Positions 26,574 through 35,921 of a stretch of 64,000 nt of DNA are shown here, piece after piece. Both the position numbers and the translations under genes were made by a program. Where the stretch lies: the IMG/VR virus record IMGVR_UViG_3300009537_002640, positions 62,001-126,000 of that record; one strand, 5' to 3'. The notes under the pieces were generated by a model. It did not search any database. It had not been told where the DNA came from and saw only the letters and a program-made list of their open reading frames with translations. The stretch's first letter is position 1. Every line of letters begins with the position of its first letter.

Positions 26574-27368
26574 TTATTCCTTTCTACCATCCAATATAAG
26601 GCCAGTGTCAAACTTAATCACACCCTCGGGGTCTTTATCGGGGTCATATGGAATATAGGGAACGTATACATTGCCCGTCTTTGCTATCATTGCTCGAAAT
26701 TGAGCAAGGCCAGATAATTCCTTAGAGCCCTTCTTGTGAACTTTATTCTTAGCCACTCGATATTCTTTGTCCTTATCTACGTCCAAATGGATTCCCTTTG
26801 GCTCAATATAGGCTCCCATTAGTCCAAGATGCCTTAGACGCCAATACATTGCCGCATCTTCATGACCATATTGACCAAAGGTATTATAGTAGCCCACACG
26901 TTTGAACACTCTCTTTGGCAAGCATAAACAAGCGCCGCCGAGATTTCCGTTCTTGGGTCTAACTCGAACACCATTTATTTCTTGAACAGGAAACTTGAAA
27001 GGCTCTACATTAACACCTGTAATTCCTAATGCGGGAATCTTATCGCACGCATCTGCCATCAATATATCCCACTTATCTGGCACCAACACATCGTCATCAA
27101 TGGTTACAAGATAATCGCCCTGAGCATGAACCAGCCCAGAGTTCCTACCGCCAGCAACACCAAGGTTCTTATCATTAAATACGTAAGTAACTTTTTCGGC
27201 ATTAGTCTTAACCTCTTTAAGATATTCTCTAGTGCCATCAGCAGAGCCATTGTCCACAAATATGAATTCATGTGGTATGGTAGTTTTCTTAATTAGACAC
27301 TCTATAGTTTGTTTCGAATAATGGCACCTATTCCAATTAAGTACCACTATCGACATTAACTTGGTCAT
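26574..27368 (-). CDS. Glycosyltransferase family 2 (paralog of 24303..25106)
   Basis: MSIVVLNWNR, VDNGSADGT, GVAGGRNSGL, TIDDD, YGHEDA. Start set at ATG 27368 (GGAGG RBS). Confidence 0.92.
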   Translation of the reverse strand: MTKLMSIVVLNWNRCHYSKQTIECLIKKTTIPHEFIFVDNGSADGTREYLKEVKTNAEKVTYVFNDKNLGVAGGRNSGLVHAQGDYLVTIDDDVLVPDKWDILMADACDKIPALGITGVNVEPFKFPVQEINGVRVRPKNGNLGGACLCLPKRVFKRVGYYNTFGQYGHEDAAMYWRLRHLGLMGAYIEPKGIHLDVDKDKEYRVAKNKVHKKGSKELSGLAQFRAMIAKTGNVYVPYIPYDPDKDPEGVIKFDTGLILDGRKE

Positions 27369-27561
27369 GTACTTCCTCCGTGTCTTCTGTTCTAATGTCA
27401 AGATTGCCCATCACAAAGTTACTTGTAATCAACAAGTACTTGGCTCGCGGATACACAACACCAGACAAAGTTATATTCGTTATGACAGCTAAGTCTTCTC
27501 CTGAAAGCAGCTTTATCAGCTTAACCCTCAAGCTATACAGAAACTTCTGCCATTTGCTCAT
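27337..27561 (-). CDS. Hypothetical protein
   Basis: 74-aa ORF with an ATGA overlap. Confidence 0.5.
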   Translation of the reverse strand: MSKWQKFLYSLRVKLIKLLSGEDLAVITNITLSGVVYPRAKYLLITSNFVMGNLDIRTEDTEEVHDQVNVDSGT

Positions 27562-29693
27562 TTCTTTCTAAACCTCACAAAGGTTCTAACAGAGCGTCGT
27601 CTCACAACCGAGGTGGGCGTTCTAATGTGTGAAAACTTCGGACGCCATTTCCTTGCAAGATTATTCAATAGCCGCATAAACTCTTTCTTCCCTGAAACCA
27701 AACTTCCAGACCTAGAGTCATGAACAAGCGGACACAGAATACCATAGTTCTTAAATCCATTGCTTAGAGCATTAAGGCAAATATCTGGCCCATAGAAATG
27801 GAAACCGTCAAAGTTTCTTTCGTCAAACCTTAATCCGCTGCTCTTACGAATAATCATGCAGTGCTCGTCAACGGTCTGTACTGGGAAAACCTTTGCACGT
27901 TTTGTCGCCTGCCATTGCAAAGAACCCTTAATACTATGCACCACGCCTGCAGTATCATCTCGCTTTGTTATACCAGCTGTTCCTAATACGCCCCACTTCT
28001 TTCTGTCTGGTAAAGCTTCTATTTCCTCTATACGGTCGAATAGCATATCCACCCAACCCTCATAGAAAAGCACGTCCTGGTGACAGAGAACAACCACATC
28101 TGCTTTTGCCTTCTCTATTCCTATATTCAGTGCTTGAGCTGCTGAATAAGGATTGCCGAAGTTCATGACTGGAATGACTTCATAGTTCCGCTGGGTGTCG
28201 TTCTTAAACAGAGAGCCAACTATGTAATTTCTGTATTGCGATAGGTTGTTCACGCAAGTCACAAAAGACACCTTGACTGGGTACATTCCCTTGGCCGAAT
28301 TTCGTTGATAGGCACCAAAGTCTTTATCTACCTTTGGCAACCACCTACTCTTAAATGCCTGAATGCCCTTTTGTTGTTTTTCTCCAGCAGTCTTATGCTT
28401 ACGTTGTGTTACGCTTTCCGCATGAATAACTTCTGCCCTAGAAGCATATAGAACCTTCTTGTTAAGCCTCTCTCTAACCTTAAGGCATAAGTCTACATCT
28501 TCATAGCAGAAATAGTACACGGGGTCAAAGCCCTCTACTGCCCTAAAGTCCTTTTCTCTAATCAACAAACATGCGCCTGTGACCGCCTGGAAAAATCTAT
28601 CTTCCTCAGCAAACCCCTTAGGGAATGAACCAAGCACAGCCTTACCTAAGTTAGCTGGCCCTTGAGGAATAAAGGCGATACCCGCATGCTGTATACGATT
28701 CTCAGAATATAGTAACTTTGCTCCAACTATACCAATCTCGGGGTGCCTATGAATCTTAGACATCATTTCATATAACCAGAATGGCTGAGGCTCCGTGTCA
28801 TCATTTAAGAACAGCAAATATTCGCCTGTAGCAAACTTAGTTAGCTCGTTGTTTATAGATGAGAATGAACCTTCTGTGGTACCTCTCTCTACTAACTTAA
28901 TCCTCGGGTCTTGTAATTGCTTAATGAATTCAGCTGTGCCGTCTGTAGATACACTATCTCCTACTATCCACTCCCAGTTAGGATACCCTGTATTTTTATC
29001 AAGCGCAGCATAGCACTTTTTAATGTTCTCGATACCATCTCTGGTAGGAGTTATGATGCTAACCTTAGGCACATCACTGGGCTTTCTAATGAGCACCTTG
29101 TCAACCATAGTAGTGCTTCGGGATTGCTTGTAGGGTTTAAACTTCATTGTTTGGTCTTCCTTCACCGTAACTATTACCGGAGGCTTCGGCTTGAGCTTAG
29201 CCTTTAGACTTGCACGTTTATTATCCTTAGTTACCTTGCTTTTTGCCTGTGGTATTGTAGGTAACTTAGGCTCACGAGGTATATTGGGCTTTCCGCTTAT
29301 AATCTGATACCTAATCGTATTTATGAAAACATTACCAGTAGCGTCGTTTGGTCTCCATACCCTAAGATACACAGGAAGATTACCAGGAAACTTAGGCACA
29401 GGCACAGATACCGTGTAGTCTTTTGTTTCGCTACCGGTCACAAATACTGATATATGGTCTCCGTCGTAATTCTTTCCTCCGAAAAAATTTACTAACAGTG
29501 CGCCGTTGCCACTATTTTTAGAGGCAGATATCGTAACCTTATAATGCGAGTTTGGAGCTACTCCTACTGGCACCATAATAATAGAATCTTTTCGCGGCAT
29601 TGTTACGCATGTTGCATTGTCTTTTCTTATTGTGCGTATTGCTCTACCACGCCAGCGGTAGCCATTTCCACCAATTACTGTAGGAGCTGCCAT
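27558..29693 (-). CDS. Multidomain glycosyltransferase: beta-sandwich N-domain + GT2 + second GT-A domain
   Basis: GT2: VSIITPTRD, FLNDDTE, QHAG, AVTGACLL, YEDVDLCL. Second GT-A: SAAQALNIG, LCHQDV, VDEHCMI, FHFYGPDICL. Confidence 0.88.
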   Translation of the reverse strand: MAAPTVIGGNGYRWRGRAIRTIRKDNATCVTMPRKDSIIMVPVGVAPNSHYKVTISASKNSGNGALLVNFFGGKNYDGDHISVFVTGSETKDYTVSVPVPKFPGNLPVYLRVWRPNDATGNVFINTIRYQIISGKPNIPREPKLPTIPQAKSKVTKDNKRASLKAKLKPKPPVIVTVKEDQTMKFKPYKQSRSTTMVDKVLIRKPSDVPKVSIITPTRDGIENIKKCYAALDKNTGYPNWEWIVGDSVSTDGTAEFIKQLQDPRIKLVERGTTEGSFSSINNELTKFATGEYLLFLNDDTEPQPFWLYEMMSKIHRHPEIGIVGAKLLYSENRIQHAGIAFIPQGPANLGKAVLGSFPKGFAEEDRFFQAVTGACLLIREKDFRAVEGFDPVYYFCYEDVDLCLKVRERLNKKVLYASRAEVIHAESVTQRKHKTAGEKQQKGIQAFKSRWLPKVDKDFGAYQRNSAKGMYPVKVSFVTCVNNLSQYRNYIVGSLFKNDTQRNYEVIPVMNFGNPYSAAQALNIGIEKAKADVVVLCHQDVLFYEGWVDMLFDRIEEIEALPDRKKWGVLGTAGITKRDDTAGVVHSIKGSLQWQATKRAKVFPVQTVDEHCMIIRKSSGLRFDERNFDGFHFYGPDICLNALSNGFKNYGILCPLVHDSRSGSLVSGKKEFMRLLNNLARKWRPKFSHIRTPTSVVRRRSVRTFVRFRKK

Positions 29694-29710
29694 TGCATCT
29701 CACCCTCCTG

Positions 29711-30562
29711 TTATTCGTCATCTTGTGTAACTATAGGTTGCTTGTTCTTGTAAACCATATAGTTAGGGTTCTGCAAATACAACTGGTGGTCATTAAATAT
29801 CTTTCCGCTCCATTTCTCTCGAAACAACTTCATATTTGTCTTAAGATGTGGGTGCTGTTTAAATGTCCCTGACACACCTTCGTGATGTATAAGTTGAGCT
29901 GCTGCACAATATACAGAGCTTTTTTTCAACTCATGCCTCAGTCTCAAGCAGTAATCTATATCTTCATATCCGTAAATATATCCTTCATCAAACCCGCCTA
30001 AAGTCTCAAAGTCTTCTCTGCGAACTAAAAGACATGCGCCTGTCACTGCTTGATAATATCTACTTGATGCCATAAATTGTGTTGGCGGTTGTTTGTAGTA
30101 AATATGATAAGGTAATCCGTTGGTTCTCTCATCAAACATTACTCCGCAATGCTGCACTTGTTTCTTATTTGGGTACAACAATAACGCTCCAACCGCCCCC
30201 ACTTTTGGGTCAGTATCAAGCACCGTGGTCATTCCAACCAACCATGACTCGTTAACTGGCTCTATGTCGTCATTCATGAACAGTATATATTCAGAGTCGC
30301 CTTCGGCTGCAGCTTCATTATTGTTAGATGAAAACGAGCCATCATTACTGTCATTGTAAATAGGTTCTATACGATCGTTAAACAAAATGTCATCTATATA
30401 CATGGCGTCATGTATAGCCTGCTTAACTTCATCGTTAGGGTCATTAGCCCATATGTACCATCTGTAATCCACAAACTTAGTGCGCTCTGTAATAGTCTCT
30501 AAGCATATCTTGAACTTATCTACACTTCGATATGTGGTAGTAACAATATCAACCTTAGCCAT
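29711..30562 (-). CDS. Glycosyltransferase family 2
   Basis: SFSSNNNE, FMNDD, VQHCG, AVTGACLL, YEDIDYCL, HHEG. Confidence 0.9.
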   Translation of the reverse strand: MAKVDIVTTTYRSVDKFKICLETITERTKFVDYRWYIWANDPNDEVKQAIHDAMYIDDILFNDRIEPIYNDSNDGSFSSNNNEAAAEGDSEYILFMNDDIEPVNESWLVGMTTVLDTDPKVGAVGALLLYPNKKQVQHCGVMFDERTNGLPYHIYYKQPPTQFMASSRYYQAVTGACLLVRREDFETLGGFDEGYIYGYEDIDYCLRLRHELKKSSVYCAAAQLIHHEGVSGTFKQHPHLKTNMKLFREKWSGKIFNDHQLYLQNPNYMVYKNKQPIVTQDDE

Positions 30563-30569
30563 ACTAACC

Positions 30570-30830
30570 TCAACGATCCCACATCCAATGCTTGGTAATA
30601 GGACTCCATCTCAATTTCTTATCATTCACAAGAGAGTGGAAATGTCCTTCAATAATTCTATACAGCTTATGAGTACATCTTTCCCTCTTGTCCATTGTTT
30701 GCACTTTCGCCTGCAACTTATGAGCTATGTCTTCTTGCAAATCATATGGCAAACTATCTTCGAATGTCACCGTAACATCTCCGTTAGTTCCCCAATCTTC
30801 ATCTATAGTAAACTTAGGAATCACTTGCAT
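30570..30830 (-). CDS. Hypothetical protein (86 aa)
   Basis: Start reassigned to MQVIPKF (ATG 30830, just after the GT2 stop, with AAGGA RBS). Confidence 0.6.
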   Translation of the reverse strand: MQVIPKFTIDEDWGTNGDVTVTFEDSLPYDLQEDIAHKLQAKVQTMDKRERCTHKLYRIIEGHFHSLVNDKKLRWSPITKHWMWDR

Positions 30831-30831
30831 G

Positions 30832-31506
30832 TCATCCTTCCTTTCTGATAATGTCGAGAAAAATCTCCCTTTTTTTATTATATTCTTCAGCCAAGTTAAA
30901 ACCCTCAGCTTTGAATGTCGTGTGGTAAAGGTGCTGGACGTTCGTGCCTTCCGTAATTCCCAGCTTGAACCCGGCCCCCTTTGCCCTATGCGAAAATAAA
31001 ACATCCTCAAAAAACCCACGCCCAAAATTTTCTGGCATGAGACCTACTTTATCAAACACCTCGCGTTTAACTAACAGACACCAGCCTACCAGATATGAAA
31101 ATCTTTCTGCCCGCGTCTTTGCTTCGCCAGGTTGATAATTCCAATTGCTATCCATTCGTCCGCCAGCAGGAGCAGTCATATCGAATTCATCCATAGACTG
31201 AACCATAGTGCTAAGCCACTTGGGATTTGGTAATCGGATATCATTGTTGAGTAAGCATATGAGATTATGCTGCGCCTCTCTTATACCCCGATTGACTGTC
31301 TTTGCGAAACCTAAATTTTTCTCATTCGTAAGTACCTTGACTTGTGGGAACAATTTAGGTATAGCTTTTGATATGGGTTCCTTAGAGCCGTCGTCTACAA
31401 CAATAATCTCAGTCTCTACACCGTATGTCTTAACCAAATCTCTTAAGCAATCTATCGTTACTTTCATCTGGTTGTATACTGGAATAACTATACTAACCTT
31501 CTTCAT
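30832..31506 (-). CDS. Glycosyltransferase family 2
   Basis: VSIVIPVYN, VVDDGS, NLGFAKTVNRG, LLNND, GWCLL, FEDV. Confidence 0.93.
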   Translation of the reverse strand: MKKVSIVIPVYNQMKVTIDCLRDLVKTYGVETEIIVVDDGSKEPISKAIPKLFPQVKVLTNEKNLGFAKTVNRGIREAQHNLICLLNNDIRLPNPKWLSTMVQSMDEFDMTAPAGGRMDSNWNYQPGEAKTRAERFSYLVGWCLLVKREVFDKVGLMPENFGRGFFEDVLFSHRAKGAGFKLGITEGTNVQHLYHTTFKAEGFNLAEEYNKKREIFLDIIRKEG

Positions 31507-31507
31507 C

Positions 31508-31771
31508 TTACCAGCTCCCGTTGCTAAAATAGTCTAGAAAAATACCCATTCCTTCTGCTTGAGTTAAAGCTCTATCTGTCGTTGCCCAACCCGGTGACAG
31601 TTTATAGTCGCCTATAGGGGTGCCATACTTAAGATGACCTATATAAAACGACCTTGTTATCTGTTCCATTATCATCTCAAAGGTTATACCAAATGGCATA
31701 CGACCTTCTATGTGTTTAGAAAACTCATCATACATTTGGTCAGCGCGGGAGTTTGTAAGTTCCTGGCTCAT
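31508..31771 (-). CDS. Hypothetical protein
   Basis: 87-aa in-operon ORF. Confidence 0.55.
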   Translation of the reverse strand: MSQELTNSRADQMYDEFSKHIEGRMPFGITFEMIMEQITRSFYIGHLKYGTPIGDYKLSPGWATTDRALTQAEGMGIFLDYFSNGSW

Positions 31772-32945
31772 AATGCGGAATCCTTCCTTCTACAGCATCA
31801 ATTATCTTTTGGGACGCAGCAGTCCAACTAAACCCATTAACCACGCGCTCCATCTCTGGCTTAAACTTTTTCATAAGCTCGTCGTACTCATTAACAGCTT
31901 TGTGCATAAGCTCTTTTGTATGCTCCTTATTAGCCTCGCCTATTTTTGACTTAGGGTTAAATGTCCAATAAGACTCTACTGGCTTAGCATGTCGCATACT
32001 AGTTTTAATCAGCAGAGAATTATCTTCGTTCATAAAGTCTAACTGCCCACTATAGTTTGGGGCTATACTCAACAACCCGCAAGCCATAGACTCTAGCAAT
32101 GGCATTCCAAAGCCCTCTGCTCCTGTAGTAGTTATGTGACAATCGCAAGCATTATAGATGCTAGACACATTATCTACATGGCCACTTAGCAACTCTATCT
32201 CCGGAATATCCTTACCAAACTTTTGATGCAGCTTCTTAAAGACATCACCCAGGACTATTTCAAATGCCTTTCGGCCCTTAGGATTTTTCTTCATGTCGTA
32301 CTGACCATCACTATGCTTATACACTTTGGTCTTCAGTACCAAGCACACATCATCTTTAGCAGTGAATGCTTCACAATAGGCATTTAGTAGTAGCTCTATG
32401 TTCTTTCTATAGTGAGGTGCTACTACCGATACAAACTTAAACTTCTTCTTGGTGTTAAGTTTGACTTTCGGTATATCTGGATTAAATACCTTTGTATCTA
32501 TACCGTGTGGTATTACAAAAGTTTTTTCTGGCGGCACCCCATTAATAGCAAAAACCTCAGCTGAAAAGTTCGAACTTGGGAAGTAATAATCCACAAAGTG
32601 ATAGAACTTTTTCCACTGAGGATGCCAATAGGTTATTTCGTAGTTATATATTGCACACTTATATCTGCTGTTTGCTAAAAACCGCTGAGGAAAATTCTGT
32701 GGAACCGTATAGGTTATATCTATATCAATAGGCTTCTTGCCCGGCCCGAACTCTAAAAGCTTCAGGGCCGATTCTGCAAGCCTATCTTTTTCTCTATCAG
32801 CGTTGTTTGCTAACCCATTTGTGGATGCAACATAGACATTATGCCCCATTTCTTCAAAGGCATTCATCAAGCGGTCCATCACATATGCCCAGCTCAAACC
32901 GCCTTGCATCCAGGTATAGGTGCGAATATTCAAAGGTTTTTCCAT
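31740..32945 (-). CDS. Glycosyltransferase family 4 (GT-B)
   Basis: VIPHGID..FNP, RKNIELLL.AY, EGFGMPLLESMACGL..PNYSG.LDF. Confidence 0.92.
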   Translation of the reverse strand: MEKPLNIRTYTWMQGGLSWAYVMDRLMNAFEEMGHNVYVASTNGLANNADREKDRLAESALKLLEFGPGKKPIDIDITYTVPQNFPQRFLANSRYKCAIYNYEITYWHPQWKKFYHFVDYYFPSSNFSAEVFAINGVPPEKTFVIPHGIDTKVFNPDIPKVKLNTKKKFKFVSVVAPHYRKNIELLLNAYCEAFTAKDDVCLVLKTKVYKHSDGQYDMKKNPKGRKAFEIVLGDVFKKLHQKFGKDIPEIELLSGHVDNVSSIYNACDCHITTTGAEGFGMPLLESMACGLLSIAPNYSGQLDFMNEDNSLLIKTSMRHAKPVESYWTFNPKSKIGEANKEHTKELMHKAVNEYDELMKKFKPEMERVVNGFSWTAASQKIIDAVEGRIPHYEPGTYKLPR

Positions 32946-32979
32946 TCTTCCATCCTTACAATAAAGAGTCCTTGATTAC

Positions 32980-33009
32980 ATTATACACCAAAAGTTAGAC
33001 CGCTGTTAA
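32980..33009 (-). promoter_or_regulatory. Putative sigma70-type promoter at the start of the glycan cluster
   Basis: Minus strand TTAACA-18 nt-TATAAT, about 35 nt upstream of the GT4 start. Confidence 0.5.
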
Positions 33010-35817
33010 CAATTCTTGCAATCTAGAGCTGGTTACCTGGACTTCCTCATTATTAAACCCTGCCTTTTTAAGATAAACAGTAAGCACTATTTTTGTTCTC
33101 AATTCTGGTCGTGTTACAATATTACGAATATTGTTTGCTCTTATACGCAATATTCCTGATTCTTGCGTATACAACACAGCTATGGTTTCATCAATCGCAG
33201 CGTATCCGTCTACACTCTGGAAGTCATATCCGTCAGTGTCTTTGACAAAGGACTTAACAGATGCTGTTACTTTGACACGGTTATTTGCTAATGCTGTACC
33301 TGTAACCAACGAACCATCTGAATATGTCATTTGATTACGTATGAAGTTATTGAAGATATCCACCTCGCCTTGGGTCGACCCCTCTGGCAAATCTATAACT
33401 ATAGTGTTCACTTCTAGGTCTATAGAGTATGGATTTCCATCTACGTCTAGGAGATTACCATCTAGAAGGACATCTCCCGGAATAAATGTAATATTGGTTC
33501 CGCCATTTTGTGGTGACCCAGTAATATCCTCTTCAGTAAGTTCAGTGAATGTCTTAGGTATGAATCTCCTAAGGTCGCTAAGAACTAGATTCTCTGGCTG
33601 CCACAATGGCACGAAGTCTATTCTGAATTCAATCGGCACAAACGGAACATCGTTAAATGCAGAGTTGGTGCCTATGATATCAGGTGTAGTAGTCAAAGGA
33701 TTAGTAAGATTCTCTACAGTAAGAACCACTCTCTTAAATGAGCTACCTGCATTAAATGCTGTCCCTAACGCAATGTTCTGTTGGATTGATTGAGGGTCAA
33801 AAATGTTTAGAACGCCATCATTGGTAACATCGGCACGAATGATTTCCTCAATTGTTACAGTGCGATTTACGATTGCTGCTTTTTGATCTGAAGATGCAAG
33901 CGAACCACTCTCTAGATTTTTAGAGTATCCGTCAAGGTCGTTTGCTCGTGCTACATCATTAAGGTCTACTACACCATCAGCATTAACGTCACCGTATGCA
34001 TCATCAAATTCCTCTACCTTAATAATACGATACTTAAAATCTGGTTCATCGACATCGGGAATTAGAATCGAACCCACCAGGTTGTTTAATAGAATATCCG
34101 AGTTAGGCTGTATTATTGTAAATGTACTTTCTCTAACCAAACCAGGAAACTCTGTTCTACCCTCAATGGACGGATTATCAACAGGGTTAGTGTCTGTCGC
34201 TGCACCGAGAATGATGTTTTCATTACCCGCGTTTATCAGTGTAATAAGAGTATCTTCTGATACTACAGCAACATCTGGCACATCCTCTATTCTGGTAAAC
34301 ACAGGATTACCGGTAGAAGGATGTGGCACAGCAGTAGTAAAATTATCTTTCTGCTGAACTATCACATAGTTCTTGGCACTTTGCGAAACATCAACCAAGC
34401 TATGATGCCCTTCTACATATGGCGAAGTAATTCCCAAACCATCTTCTTTTGTCTTGGGAGATGTTATTTGACGGCCATTATCAAACGCCGTACCCGAGGT
34501 GATTCTCAGGGCGTTTGTGTAAATCTTAAACCAAAGGTCGCTCTCTGGCACATCTGTCCAGGTATTTTGTGAAAATACGGACATGCGCATTGGGTCTACT
34601 TCATTGGGTTGCGCATTAGTATTTGCTGCTTCCTGTAGAACTATTGTGCCCTTACTGACATTACCAGTTCTCCTGATAGTAAGCATGTAATAGCGACCAG
34701 GTACAATGCTGGGTTCAAGATTAGGATTAGCCAACAGAGATTGAGTGAAAATGAAATCCACTATCTGGGGCGTTCCTGTTAATGCTACACCAAGCTCTTC
34801 TAATTGCTGTTGGTCAAAAGACACTTCTGCAATAGGGGCTGGTTCAGGATCAAACTCAATATCTGTATCTGGTACCGTATCAGTAGGACAACTAGTAGTA
34901 GTCTGTAGTCTACGAATCGCAACTACCAAATCTCCAGACCAATCAAACTCTTCACCGGGTAGGGCTAGAGTGTTCTCTTCTACAGAGAGTAGTAATGATA
35001 TCTTCTGGATGTTATTTGTTGTTGCTTGAAACTTCTGACCTATGATTAAACCTGTACTATCATTTGGCGGCAATTCTCTTTGGTCTGTCGCCGTCACATT
35101 TATACGCAAGTCATTTGGATTGAGAGTTGCTGAGTCTGCAATTTCGTTCAAGAGAATATCTAATGTCTTTGATAGGGTTGCTGGCTTAAAGTTAACATAA
35201 TCCATGTTTGGCTCTATTGCCTGCTCTACCATAATCACATCTCTAGCTAAAGTCATAGGGAGAGATTCTAAGATGCGAATACGGCCACCGTTATCTGCGC
35301 TTGCTATACCAGTAATAGTAGTGTTTTGATTGCCACGAAAATCTTGAGTCATCAAAGCCACTATCTGTGTATAATAGTTTCTTGTTATTTGAGATTCGTT
35401 CGTTTCGAATGTTAGTACTTCCTGAACAAATTCACCTCCAAAGATGAGACCAAATATGTATATCTTCATCTTGGGCGAGCCATCAAGTTCGGCCCCTGAC
35501 ACATTTACTTCGAGCTGAACACCCTCAAATGAATCTGACGGCTGCAGATAAACAGTTTGATTGAATGAGTCAATTGGATATATTGGCTCCCCGTCGAAGT
35601 TTGTTGTATCTATTAATGTTTGAATTGAAGCAGGCACATCATCTGAATCAAAAAGAAGACGCTGGGTAGAGAATTCCTTCTCTACGCCGCTGCCTGCCAA
35701 AAAGTCCACTGCGTTCGCGGTCGTTTCTAACCACGCAGTTTGTTCGACATCAAGGTCAGTCTCTGATATCTGCTGACCGTCGAAGAAATTATTTCGTGGC
35801 AATATTGGACGAGTCAT
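32995..35817 (-). CDS. Virion structural protein (baseplate/fibre-associated) with dockerin-like domain
   Basis: N-terminal RNNFFDGQQISETDL resembles baseplate-attached fibre N-termini. Paired GDVNADGVVDLND / ADVTNDGVLNIFD motifs. Acidic and beta-rich. Confidence 0.7.
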   Translation of the reverse strand: MTRPILPRNNFFDGQQISETDLDVEQTAWLETTANAVDFLAGSGVEKEFSTQRLLFDSDDVPASIQTLIDTTNFDGEPIYPIDSFNQTVYLQPSDSFEGVQLEVNVSGAELDGSPKMKIYIFGLIFGGEFVQEVLTFETNESQITRNYYTQIVALMTQDFRGNQNTTITGIASADNGGRIRILESLPMTLARDVIMVEQAIEPNMDYVNFKPATLSKTLDILLNEIADSATLNPNDLRINVTATDQRELPPNDSTGLIIGQKFQATTNNIQKISLLLSVEENTLALPGEEFDWSGDLVVAIRRLQTTTSCPTDTVPDTDIEFDPEPAPIAEVSFDQQQLEELGVALTGTPQIVDFIFTQSLLANPNLEPSIVPGRYYMLTIRRTGNVSKGTIVLQEAANTNAQPNEVDPMRMSVFSQNTWTDVPESDLWFKIYTNALRITSGTAFDNGRQITSPKTKEDGLGITSPYVEGHHSLVDVSQSAKNYVIVQQKDNFTTAVPHPSTGNPVFTRIEDVPDVAVVSEDTLITLINAGNENIILGAATDTNPVDNPSIEGRTEFPGLVRESTFTIIQPNSDILLNNLVGSILIPDVDEPDFKYRIIKVEEFDDAYGDVNADGVVDLNDVARANDLDGYSKNLESGSLASSDQKAAIVNRTVTIEEIIRADVTNDGVLNIFDPQSIQQNIALGTAFNAGSSFKRVVLTVENLTNPLTTTPDIIGTNSAFNDVPFVPIEFRIDFVPLWQPENLVLSDLRRFIPKTFTELTEEDITGSPQNGGTNITFIPGDVLLDGNLLDVDGNPYSIDLEVNTIVIDLPEGSTQGEVDIFNNFIRNQMTYSDGSLVTGTALANNRVKVTASVKSFVKDTDGYDFQSVDGYAAIDETIAVLYTQESGILRIRANNIRNIVTRPELRTKIVLTVYLKKAGFNNEEVQVTSSRLQELLTAV

Positions 35818-35921
35818 AAGATTTTCTCCCTATTTTTACTTTTTCTCTTGACAAATTTCTGAAACTCGCGCATACAGATCACTGTCGTCTGTACCGGGTT
35901 CCCTTTATATACTTCACCCAT
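35814..35921 (-). CDS. Possible 35-aa mini-ORF
   Basis: MGEVYKGNPVQTTVICMREFQKFVKRKSKNREKIL; its TGA overlaps the ATG of the next gene (ATGA); G-rich RBS. Confidence 0.3.
   Translation of the reverse strand: MGEVYKGNPVQTTVICMREFQKFVKRKSKNREKIL

Noticed and set aside
30831-31025. 151-aa version of ORF 30570..31025
   Set aside because: The extension overlaps the GT2 gene by about 190 nt; a better start with an RBS lies at 30830.
1-32945. Ordinary bacterial O-antigen/capsule locus
   Set aside because: No Wzx/Wzy/Wzz/ABC export or initiating transferase is visible, many small phage-like ORFs are interleaved, and the cluster is contiguous with tail genes. It cannot be fully excluded without flanking sequence.
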